From Amoeboradix gromovi X-113 (taxonomy: Eukaryota > Fungi > Sanchytriomycota), in the NCBI GenBank assembly GCA_018985225.1, contig JADGIF010000246.1, positions 1 to 12,985 of the forward strand: a DNA stretch of 12,985 bases, read 5' to 3'. The stretch's first letter is position 1; every line of letters starts with the position of its first letter. Positions 1 through 9,684 of this stretch are shown piece after piece. A program made the position numbers and the translations under genes. The notes beneath the pieces were generated by a model. The model did no database searches and was not told the origin of the DNA. It worked only from the letters and a program-made list of their open reading frames with translations.

Positions 1-84
1 TCTTAAATCCATAAAATTAATAAAGCTGAAATAATCTTCCAAGTTGTTACAGAAAGTTAGTCCAGTTTTTATATTTGATGTCTC
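1..84 (-). repeat. Transposon end (TIR plus subterminal region), inverted copy of the 9290/12850 repeat; continues off the left edge of the window
   Basis: The reverse complement of 1-82 matches 9292-9373 with 3 substitutions (gacatcaaatataaaaactggactaactttctgtaacaacttggaa...). The terminus reads GAG instead of GGG and the flank is ACAT (85-88). Confidence 0.9.
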
Positions 85-248
85 ACATTTATATAGTTTA
101 AATGGCAGCAAATACGTAAAAGCATCGATTTATTCGCAAAACCTGTTATGTACATCGATTGTAGAACCTGTTCGAATTTGTTAGCTCAGTTTCTGATTTT
201 GTGTCTCATTTCATTAGGAGTTGTATTCAAACGTGGAATTTTCAGAAT

Positions 249-3200
249 ATGGTCCTCTCTTACTCAAATCCAGTACGATTAGACCCTTTTGTCCAGAATC
301 AATCACTGGAAGATGGTGAGCTTGACGTGAAGTTTACTTTGCATGCGGAATCAAGAGTTTCTAAATTTCTTTTTCACCTTTGCGGCATTCTATCGGGCGG
401 CATTCTATACCTTGTATGCTATTGGATGCCTAGAATTTATGCTAATTTGTTTACCAACGTTATTTTAAACAGTTTAATACTTGATTCTACTTCAAGTTCC
501 AGTAGCAATATTTTATCTCCTCCTCAATTCTCTGGCAATTATCTGTATGTGTGCGACCTTCACAAGCTCAAGTCAAGATATACATTGTATGTCTTGTGTC
601 AAAATACTTGGAATGAAAATGTATTAATTAATTTTATTGATTTACCGTTCAATGTGTTTGTGGCCAATGCACTTCCTTATTCGGCTACGCATTCATTCTT
701 TCTCAAGTCTATCCAGAAGTATCATTTTAATCTATCTTCTGTTCTTTATTTTGAGTACAGATCTTGCAGATACATCTTTGATCCTTTAGACTTAAAATTG
801 GTATCTCTTACTAATTACAAGGACTGGAACTGGATTAATGACAACTCCTGTTTCTGTCAGGAGCTAAGCGACCAGCTGTCTACCACGTCCATCAGCCAAA
901 TTCTTGAACACGGTTTACCCTCCAGCTTTGCTCACGAGAAGTCTTTAATACTTGGTTTGAATGACATTAATATTAATCCTCCTTCAATTCCTCAACTAAT
1001 GATACATGAAATATTGCATCCCTTTTACATCTTCCAATTATTCAGCATTGCTGTTTGGCTGGCTGAGAATTATTACTTTTATGCGGTTTGTATATTTTTC
1101 ATATCTCTAATTAGCAGTGTTCAGAACTTGTTCGATACTAGACGAAATTATGCTAGGTTAGAAGAATTGAGTAAATTTACCTGTCAAATCAAAGTATTTA
1201 GAAACGACAAATGGTCGATCATTCAGAGCCATGATTTGGTGCCAGGGGATATATACAAGGTGCCACTGCCTTATAGTAGCTTAGTAACTGATTCTAATGC
1301 TGTCCCTCCTTGTGATTCAATATTACTGCTAGGCGACTGTATTGTTAACGAATCAGCACTTACTGGTGAGTCAATTCCAACATCCAAGCACGGTATACTT
1401 GGAAAGAATGGTGATCTAACACAGGAATTAGAGCTCTTCTTAAATAGTGTTAAAATTGATGCTCCCACGATGGAATCTAAGCATTTACAAAATGTGCTGT
1501 TTTCGGGTACAAAAATCATACAGGGCACACCATCTTCGGTAAACAACGACATAATTGCCATGGTATTAAGAATTGGATTTCAAACTACAAAAGGAAGTCT
1601 AGTTAGATCTATGCTTCACCCAAGACAATTGAAGTTCAAGTTTTATCAAGATTCTTTTAAATTCATTGGAATCATGGCATTAGTGGCACTGATAGGGTTC
1701 ATATATACAACTTATAATTTTGTGATAATGGGCGAATCATGGTATATTATATGTTTGCGCGGTTTAGATTTGGTAACAATTACTGTTCCACCTGCATTGC
1801 TGTCGGCAATGAGCGTGGGAATAGGATTTGCTCTACATAGATTAAGAAAGGAAGACATATACTGCATATCGCCTAATCGCATCAATGTTGCAGGGTTGAT
1901 TAATCTGCTGCTATTTGATAAGACTGGGACACTGACTGTGGATGGCTTAGTGTTATTAGGTGCGCAAGAATGTATTACAAGCAAGAATAAGCTGATATTT
2001 GACTCTGCAGTAGCTGAATGTAGGAGTGAACTGCAAAGGCATGGTAAAATGAACAGAATGCTTATTTGTATGGCTACATGCCACGACATCAAATTGGTAA
2101 ACTCACACTTACTGGGGGATCCACTGGAGCTAGAGATGTTTAAATTTACAAACGGTGTGTTTAAGAATGGGCTGATTACACTTCAAGGTGAGGAAATAGA
2201 AATAATAAAGATTTTTGAGTTTGACGCTGCACTAAGACAGATGAGTGTCATCATCAGAATAAAAGCCAAGTATTATTTGACTGTTAAGGGTGCTCCGGAA
2301 GTATTCCAGCAGTCTTGTGAAATGTTGCCGCTAGATTTTAATGAAATTCTCTCAGAATGCAGCCATAATGGATTTAGGGTGTTGGCTTGCGGAATTAAGG
2401 AATTGAAAAGCGCAGAACTTAGCTTTACTAGAGTCGAACTAGAAAAAGATATCGATTTTATTGGATTTCTAATATTTGAGAATAAACTGAAATTGGGGAC
2501 TACGAGAGTAATAGAGACACTGAATGCTGCTAGAATACATATGGGTATGTGTACGGGTGACAACATGCTAACTGCAATATCAGTAGGCAGGGAATGTGGA
2601 TTGCTACCACCTAGTCCACGATTGATATCTAACCTTAGAAAATCGAGCCTAGCGATGCATAATATAGTATACGACAACCTTTTTCCTCAAGAAGCTGGTT
2701 ATGTTAATATGGATGATGAAATGATACCCAGTGGGTCATTCAGTATGCGTAACAACTCTCTATTAGAAAATAGACAGAACAGCGGCTTTTCTTCTTCTAG
2801 CAGCGATACAGAATATCCAGAAACACAGCTAGAGTCACCGGGTTCATTGGTACTGGGTGGATCTGAATCTAACTTCTTGTTATTCATCCCGTGTTATAAT
2901 AATCACAATTTAGAATGGAGATCATTAGATGTTCCTATTTTGAGACTGAAAGACATGAGCATCGAAATAAACATGGACATATCACATTTAAAGGTGCAGT
3001 TTTCTCCACGGTTCATGAGTAATTTGCAAAAACAAGAATCATTCTTGCGAGAGAATCTGAGTGTTTTAGAAAACATTCAGATATGTTTTGCAATGGACGG
3101 TGATTGCTACAACTATCTGGTACAAAATAAGCCATTCAATGAATTGGAGTACTATTTAACAAAGTGTAGAATCTTTGCACGAATGAGTCCAGATCAAAAA

Positions 3201-4083
3201 GCAGACTTGGTGGAGAGATTGCAAAAGGTAGACTATGTTGTAGGATTTGTTGGAGATGGTATTTTATTTTAATTTAGGTGCAAATGACTGTGGTGCGTTG
3301 AAAGCAAGTGATGTTGGTTTGAGCCTTAGTGAAGCAGAAGCTAGCATTGCTGCTCCTTTTACCAGCAAAAATTTCGAGATAGAGTGTGTTGTTACTTTGA
3401 TGAGAGAGGGAAGAGCTGCATTGACCACTAGCTTTAGCTGCTTCAAATACATGGCCATGTACAGCTTAATCCAATTTATAACAGTCACAATGCTGTACAA
3501 TGTGGGTAGCAATCTGGGTGACTTGCAGTTCCTTTATGTTGATTTACTCCTTATACTTCCACTAGCTATTACTATGGCTTACAACGGGCCATGTGAGTAT
3601 CTACATTCAAAGAAACCAACAGCCAATCTATTTAGTGTCAAAGTGCTAGGCAGTCTGTTAGGTCAAGTAGTAGTACAGTTCGCATTCCAATTGTGCCTGT
3701 ATATAATAATTAAAAGTACTAGTTTCTATACTAGACCACAAACTAATCCAGAGACTGAAGATATACGGTGCTTTGAGAATACAGTTTTATTTATCAATTC
3801 CTCATTCCAGTACATAATACTAGCATGTGTCTATAGCATTGGTCCACCTTACAGAGCCCCGCTAAGTAAAAATACGGTGTTTATAATAGTAGTCATGATA
3901 TTAACATTTATAACAACGATATTGAGTATGGGGATCTTTAAATGGTCGACAAGAGTAATGGAGCTTATGGATATGCCGTTTTGGTTTAGATCGATGCTAA
4001 TAGCATATAGTTTATTAAACTTTGTAGCAAGCTGGATTGGAGAAAAGTACATATTCAGAGGCCTGCTTAAGTCGTGGAACTAA
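249..4083 (+). CDS. YPK9: P5B-type P-type ATPase (Ypk9/ATP13A2-3-like); exons 249-3258 and 3278-4083, ~1271 aa
   Basis: Motifs HPFYIFQ, LTGES, PPAL(L), DKTGTLT, KGAPE, MCTGDN and ARMSPDQK. Removing the intron restores GDGANDCGALK, followed by AAPFTS, REGRAAL and C-terminal TM helices. First in-frame ATG is 249 (201 is GTG). Start position and extra in-frame introns are not verified. Confidence 0.93.
3259..3277 (+). other. 19-nt spliceosomal intron (gtattttattttaatttag)
   Basis: GT...AG boundaries; removal joins ORFs 201..3272 and 3247..4083 in frame and exactly rebuilds the invariant GDGAND motif. Confidence 0.92.
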
Positions 4084-4124
4084 CAACAACAATAAATTAT
4101 AATAGAGTAATAGCATTTTATTTA

Positions 4125-5732
4125 TCAGTTGCTTGGTTCTAATATCTGCCCATTTAAGATAGTTGCCCAACCAATTAATCTCCAATGCTTCTCGATTTTA
4201 CGACTTAGTGCTATCCTTTCACCAATATCAGCACACACAGGTTGAGTTAAGACGACTTTAGCCATATCGTCTTTAATATTCAGAACTTTGCCTCCAGTAC
4301 TAGTAGATCCGATGTTGACCATTAATAACTCTTTTTTAGCCAGCTTCTGTACTTTCGTCTGATTGCCGTCAATACTCTGAACACCCAAAAGCCTGCGTAG
4401 TAAGAAGAATTGAATTTCAATTTCTAAATACACTTTCGGTAGACAGCCAACATGCCCCAAAACGTTTCCAATTAATCTATCAGCTCGACATAAAGATGGA
4501 TCAATCTTGGTGCCGACACCGATTAATCCACCAGGAACAGCCACTTGTAAGGAGTTACTTTCTGCAAATAAGCTAGTGATTTTAGAAAAAATGGGAGTAC
4601 AACGAGTGTTTCCTTGTTCATCCTTCCATTGTCTACCGGGCAGCACCTCTATCTCATCACCAATGCGTAATACCCCACATAAAATGGATCCACCAGCTAT
4701 ACCACCAACAACATCACAAACATCAGTTCCAGGTTTATTCACATCAAAACTACGAATCACAATCATTTTAGCCGGGGATTGCAGGTCTCGAATAGGGAGA
4801 GGAATGTACTTTAGAACGCATTCATTCACAGCATCAACATTGTACTTTAACTGGGCAGAAATAGGGATAACAGGAGATCCGCTAGCGCATGTACCTTTAA
4901 CAAACTCTTTGATATCATTGTACTGAGACTTGACGTCTTCTTCCTTGACCAAATCCACTTTATTCTGTAAAATGATGATTTTCTGCAGTTTCATTATCTC
5001 CACTGCTGCCAAATGTTCAGAAGTTTGTGGTTGAGGACATTTCTCATTTGCAGCCACTAGCAAAAACGCAGCGTCCATAACAGCAGCTCCATTCAACATA
5101 GTGGCCATTAGAATATCGTGACCAGGGCAATCAACAAAGCTAATATGGCGCTGAAGTGTTAATGGCTTGTTGCAATGCTTACAAGGCGGTGAATCTTCTG
5201 TACTTGAGGAGTAACTCTGATAGCAGTCGGGCTCAGGGCAGTTTTCACATTTGTATATCTTAGCATTAGCATAACCTAATTTGATTGTGATGTTTCTTTC
5301 CATTTCATTCTTAAAACGAACAGTTTTTACACCAGATATTGCTTTAACTACAGTACTTTTTCCATGAGCCACATGTCCAATCGTGCCTATGTTAACAGTG
5401 GCCTGTCTCGAAATTACTTCCAGAGTGCTTGTCGTAAGCTTCGAGTTCTCTAATTTAGAAATTTCAGTTTGGTCAGCTAGTCCTTTGGATTCAGAGTGTA
5501 TGGCAGAAGCAATGTTATTAACGTTGTGCTCTTTATCTGGTAAATTAAACTTTACTTTTCTTACTTGCTCATCCGTCTCTTCTTTTTCAGAATCACTTTC
5601 CTCTCCATATTGCTTCAAAATCTTTTTCCTCATGTCATCATCAACTGGCTCTGCGTCTAAACTTACTTCTTCTCTCTTAACAATAGTGTCTTTACTCTTG
5701 ACAACAGATTCCATTTGTTTCGGAGACTCCAT
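4125..5732 (-). CDS. GCD11: Translation initiation factor eIF2 gamma subunit, 535 aa
   Basis: [67 protein letters not shown] and C-terminal HWRLIGW. It has a ~100-aa N-terminal extension as in fungal orthologues. Confidence 0.98.
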   Translation of the reverse strand: MESPKQMESVVKSKDTIVKREEVSLDAEPVDDDMRKKILKQYGEESDSEKEETDEQVRKVKFNLPDKEHNVNNIASAIHSESKGLADQTEISKLENSKLTTSTLEVISRQATVNIGTIGHVAHGKSTVVKAISGVKTVRFKNEMERNITIKLGYANAKIYKCENCPEPDCYQSYSSSTEDSPPCKHCNKPLTLQRHISFVDCPGHDILMATMLNGAAVMDAAFLLVAANEKCPQPQTSEHLAAVEIMKLQKIIILQNKVDLVKEEDVKSQYNDIKEFVKGTCASGSPVIPISAQLKYNVDAVNECVLKYIPLPIRDLQSPAKMIVIRSFDVNKPGTDVCDVVGGIAGGSILCGVLRIGDEIEVLPGRQWKDEQGNTRCTPIFSKITSLFAESNSLQVAVPGGLIGVGTKIDPSLCRADRLIGNVLGHVGCLPKVYLEIEIQFFLLRRLLGVQSIDGNQTKVQKLAKKELLMVNIGSTSTGGKVLNIKDDMAKVVLTQPVCADIGERIALSRKIEKHWRLIGWATILNGQILEPSN

Positions 5733-5769
5733 TCAAAAATAATATTATTAAAAACAAGTTTATTAGATT

Positions 5770-6761
5770 TTAATCCATCTTAGATGAAGAAGATTTGGCT
5801 TTCAGTGTAGTAAGCATACTAGAAACGGCAAATATGAGTTTAGTCGAACTAAAAACACCCCCTATAATTGCACACAGTCTTAGCAAGAACCCTGCAAACC
5901 CTTTGGAGTGATCGCGAACTGTGTTATGGAATTCAGCAATGTTATACTTGAAGAATATACCTGGAGATCGTCTGTTTTCCTCAGAAACCTCCATGTCATA
6001 TTCACTTACGCTATACTGGAATGTCTGCAATTTGGTACCCCATGCGTCTACATAAGTTATGTAATACTGATATAAGAAGTTGGGACGATATGAATAAAAT
6101 ATCTATAATTCCAGAAATGTGAATGCGCCACTTTTTTAACGCCATTTAAAGGATTAACAAGGCCCGAATAATGACTTCCAAAGCTTAAATTATTAATGAC
6201 GTGAGTCAGATTCATAGTGTCATGTGATGCGTGTTTACCGGAGTGCAAATGGCCTGACGGTGTTAAATGCAGATTACCATTTAGTTTGGGCAAGTCAATT
6301 TTGCCATGAACTCTACAACCTAAAATTTTTTCATTTTTTCCATCTCTTCTCGACGGTGCCTTTTTATACTCATGATGCTCAACGCCTTGCTCATAATCAA
6401 GTAAGAAATCATGCGAGTCTTTCACAAACGCACTATTTGCTCTATAAAGTGTATCAGACTCATCAAGAATGTCAATGGCTATGTCATCACAGGGCATTCC
6501 CAAGATAATGTCTAAATTAATTTTCAGGTCGTTTTTAACGCTAATTTCTGAGTCTACAGTAAAGTCTTGTATTTGATGAGAATGCGAGTACGTGTATATT
6601 TCTGCAATTAAAACTAGAGCCAAGAAACAACTTAAAATTATTGAGGTTGACTGTGTTGCTTTGGTGCTTAACTGAATTTCTTCTTTTGGCTTCGTGAAAG
6701 CATCGAATCTCTCGAAGTTATCTTGTACTTTAGATACCGAAGATCTTTTTCGAAGCGACAT
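5770..6761 (-). CDS. ERV41: ER-Golgi COPII vesicle protein Erv41/ERGIC2-like (Erv41/Erv46 family); exons 6761-6068 and 6047-5770, ~323 aa
   Basis: FDAF-K then a TM helix, NLDI..MPC, GCRVHG..GNLH, NLTHVINNLSFG, NPLNG, IVPTSY, QYSVSEY, PGIFFKY, RLCAIIGG and a C-terminal TM helix. First ATG is 6761. Short length favours Erv41 over Erv46. Confidence 0.88.
6048..6067 (-). other. 20-nt spliceosomal intron (gtattacataacttatgtag)
   Basis: GT...AG boundaries; removal joins ORFs 6057..6797 and 5770..6030 in frame, giving IVPTSYINAWGTKLQTFQYSVSEY, which fits the family motif spacing. Confidence 0.9.
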
Positions 6762-6880
6762 GTCAGAATAAAATGAGGGTGTGTTTCGTGACAACACAAT
6801 TTTGAAATAAGTTTGACGGAAGATTTAAAATATAAAATTGACATTTACTATTGCTTTGCTTTTGATGCGAAAAGCTTAGC

Positions 6881-7153
6881 CTAATCTTTGTTTAGTTTTA
6901 AGTATCGAATAAAATTATCTGCAATTTCACTTATATTTGAGTCTACTATATGATCCTCTTTCTCTTCTTCCACATCACATATGGATTGCATAATTCTATT
7001 CCATGAGTCTGCTACGGGGTCTGCTGAGGATAATATATTCCCGTATATTTTTAAAATTTTATCGAATGCTTTAACGTCATACTTATGATCCTCTGATAAG
7101 GAAAAATCTCTCTGAAGAAATAGTTTTTGTTGTGTTCTAGTCAATTGGGACAT
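6881..7153 (-). CDS. Small protein with Tco89-like (TORC1 subunit) motif; possibly a 5'-truncated gene
   Basis: TRTQQKLFLQR...KAFDKI...Y.NI....DPVADSWNRI resembles the fungal Tco89 block (RTQQKLWLQR...FE.I..EY..V.....P+..SL.R) as I recall it. The ATG lies inside a TIR-like sequence. Confidence 0.6.
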   Translation of the reverse strand: MSQLTRTQQKLFLQRDFSLSEDHKYDVKAFDKILKIYGNILSSADPVADSWNRIMQSICDVEEEKEDHIVDSNISEIADNFIRYLKLNKD

Positions 7154-7172
7154 ACTTTACAAAAACTTGAAA
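7147..7172 (+). repeat. Degenerate TIR-like element end preceded by AATT
   Basis: AATT (7143-7146) then gggacatactttacaaaaacttgaaa; 19/26 identical to the 8071 TIR. No partner end was found in the window. Confidence 0.55.
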
Positions 7173-7334
7173 AACTTCTTAAAACAAGTCTCAAGAGGAG
7201 AACTAGTCCTGTAAAAATGTCTCCTATTTTATCACCAAGCTCAAAACGATAACTGGCTGTTATTGGTAAATTGTCATTTTGGTGCAATGATCTGATAATT
7301 GTAGTATAATATTGTTTCGGTATTTTTGGTTGGT

Positions 7335-7364
7335 GGGACACCAAATATAAAAACTAGACTAAGT
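7335..7364 (+). repeat. TIR marking the downstream (right) end of the Fanzor-carrying element
   Basis: gggacaccaaatataaaaactagactaagt is 27/30 identical to the first 30 nt of the 9290 repeat, and similarity stops after that. It lies immediately 3' of the Fanzor stop codon (7370-7372). Confidence 0.85.
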
Positions 7365-7465
7365 CGTCTTTAAAGGAAGTGCTCCATAAGGAGGAATACC
7401 ATTAGTAATAAATGTCCTTCTTTCATTAATGTCATTCCCCTCTTTAAAATAAAACAAGATGTCCC
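7335..7465 (-). ncRNA. Predicted Fanzor omega-RNA scaffold (5' boundary uncertain); guide would be the flank 7334 to ~7315
   Basis: Position between RuvC-III and the element end, as in TnpB/Fanzor loci. Possible pairings on the minus strand are gggacatc (7465-7458) with ggtgtccc (7342-7335), the hairpin ctcc-ttat-ggag, and agac-gactta-gtct. Inference only; no expression data. Confidence 0.4.
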
Positions 7466-8070
7466 ACTGTCTCTTTCAAATATATGAGGTCTTTGAGTGT
7501 CTAAGTAAAAAGTGCATTTTCTTAGGCGATACTCTTTATCTGTTCCATTTTCTAATGTTATTTGTCTCTTTACATCATTGCTCTTATCAGTTTCATTGTT
7601 ACAAACACAACAATGCTTTGAAATATGATGTTCATCTACTAATTCAATTGTGACTTGACTTGCAAACTCTTAGAAAGAAATCTCTTATTGAATGACAAGG
7701 ACTACAATTGTTCTTCTTGAAATTAGTCTTAAATTGACCATCTTCCCAAAATATTAATGTCTTATTAAGCAATTCAAGTCTCATAGACTTTCTTTTTATT
7801 TTTTTCAATTAAGTCTTTCTTGTCCTCTTGAAATCAAGATCAGCCTCTGTCTTTGGTAATGTGAAATTCATGACTGGTCGAATCAATTATCTTCTTTAGT
7901 CACTTCATTCTTTAAATCTGATAAAATCATCTCCATTTTAGATAATCTTAATCCGTATTTTCTAAATTTCCATTGACGATAATCTGGATGACTAAATTCT
8001 TTCATATTACCATGATAGTTATAGTAAATAATTCTAATAGTTTTTTCAATGCTAGTAGCTCGAGACAATT
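7370..8070 (-). pseudogene. Fanzor1 (TnpB-like) nuclease, C-terminal half, disrupted
   Basis: Manual translation: QLSRATSIEK...FSHPDYRQWKFRKY...[fs ~7885; stop 7809-7811]...TLIFWEDGQF...SPCHSIRDFF [fs ~7660] IELVDEHHISKHCCVC...YRLRKCTFY...IFERDSGTSCFILKRG...*. This gives RuvC-II E (7631-7633), a zinc finger and RuvC-III D (7469-7471). Confidence 0.88.
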
Positions 8071-8403
8071 GGGACACATACTACAATAACTAGACAGTTT
8101 ACAAAAATATGATCTTGAGATAATCTATGTTAAAGTCAGAAGTCAGGAAACACTGCAATTATTGAACAAATATTTTTAAATCTGTTTTTTACATTCAAAT
8201 TGTGAAGCTTGATATTTATATCATTAAGATGACTTGAATCAAAATGATTATTTATTTGTACCCGACTCGTTGTCTCCAATAGCATTATCAAAAAGAAAGA
8301 AACGTGACATGAGTCGTGCATTGTGATATATGCCAAAAGAGTTTCATGAGCTTTACAACTGTGAATGAAATAAAATATTAAAGAATATCAATTTTATTTA
8401 TTT

Positions 8404-9287
8404 TCAATCCATCTTTTCATCAATTTTCACCTTGTTAGCAGCAGCCAATTGAGCATTCTCATCCGCCAATCGAGCTTTCGATAATACAATGTTGTATGGC
8501 TTAACAGTTTTCATATTGCATAATCGCTTGTCAAAATTCGGTTTTGTAATATCTAGTACCTTGTTTGAAACCACCAATTTCCTATCTTCTTTGATAACCT
8601 GATTTGTCACGTCGATTTGTCTCTTGTAATCATTTGCGACAATACGAGACTCATTGATAGCATTAACATCTTTTATTATTTTTTCGTTCTTATCTACCAT
8701 TTCCTTGATCTTATCAGGTACAGAAATTTGTGTTTGAAAGGCTTTGAATATGTCAACGGAATCTTTCCCGTACGAATTCGTATATTGGTGGATTTTGCAA
8801 CAGACTCTGAAAATTCATGGTGTGCTTCACCAGAGTATAAATCTCGTAACCACATGAAGATTTCTCTATCCAGAATATTCTTCTGCACTTGTTCCTTGTC
8901 AGAACTTTGAAACTCGGATATTTTGTATGCTACCAAGGCTGCGATCAATGCTTGAATCAATGGTCCAGCAATTCCCAGCGTAGGCAAACCAAGCCTTCCA
9001 ACTTTGCTCATATTCTGCCCGTTTCGACGCTACATCTGCTTGTTTCATTGCGGCCGATGCACGCTCCATATTGTAAGCAACTTCCTTCGTTCTTGCATCT
9101 GCTTCTTGTTTAGCAGCCATTGTTTTTTCCATTGCCCAAACATTCTGCAAGATTTCAGATCTCTTTCCCTCTGTAGTTTCCTTTTCTATTTTAGAATACA
9201 TGTTTTTTAAAATATACATACGAGCCTTTTCAAAATCAAATTTTGTCTATAAACACCTGAAAGAGTTCCAAATCTTCTACCAAACAT
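8404..9287 (-). pseudogene. Frameshifted gene of unknown function (coiled-coil plus one hydrophobic helix), likely cargo
   Basis: ORFs 8899..9219, 8694..9011 and 8404..8700 overlap end to end and join with small frameshifts (e.g. AWFAYA|GIAGPLIQALIAALVAYKI). Candidate ATG at 9287 (MFGRRFGTL...). No GT-AG intron was found that repairs the shifts. Confidence 0.55.
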
Positions 9288-9289
9288 AA

Positions 9290-9426
9290 GGGACATCAAA
9301 TATAAAAACTGGACTAACTTTCAGTAACAACTTGGAACATTATTTCAGCTTTATTAATTTTATGGATTCAAGAGGCGAGTGGACATTCAGCTAGTTGCGG
9401 AGTTGACGAGTTTAAAAGGAAAATAA
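9290..9426 (+). repeat. Transposon end (TIR plus subterminal region), internal copy
   Basis: About 8 substitutions and 1 indel versus 12851-12985. It begins GGGACATC and is flanked by ATAA. True extent beyond 9426 cannot be seen. Confidence 0.92.
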
Positions 9427-9684
9427 ATATGAGATATATTTGAACATGTTTTTTCTGACATTTCAGGTTAATTGGCTTCCAAAAGAGAGTTACTTATACT
9501 TGAACTGTATTTTATATTTTGCCGTCCAAAGAAAGAAATAGCAAGCTTGTTCAAGTGGCATATTGCAAAAATGCGAATAGCGCACTCCTTCCAAGTTGGA
9601 AAATTTACAAAATTCATAATGTAAGATTTGGCTACTAAGAATTAGGGACACGAAGTTTGCGAGAACAGACATTGGTTCAGTTAA

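Noticed and set aside
201-248. GTG start at 201 (also the TTG starts at 6797 and 6030)
   Set aside because: Eukaryotic locus; in-frame ATGs at 249 and 6761 and splicing account for the genes.
2600-3090. Ser-rich insert in the ATPase P-domain as a large intron or intein
   Set aside because: The frame stays open, no intein motifs are seen, and P5 ATPases commonly have a variable insert here.
3247-3280. Two separate ATPase genes, a programmed frameshift or a pseudogene
   Set aside because: A canonical GT-AG 19-nt intron restores the motif exactly.
1271-6508. Short antisense ORFs within the ATPase, GCD11 and ERV41
   Set aside because: Shadow frames of conserved genes with no recognisable motifs.
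9645-9672. gggacacgaag... as another TIR
   Set aside because: Only the first 7 nt match well; the TAYAAWAACT core is absent.
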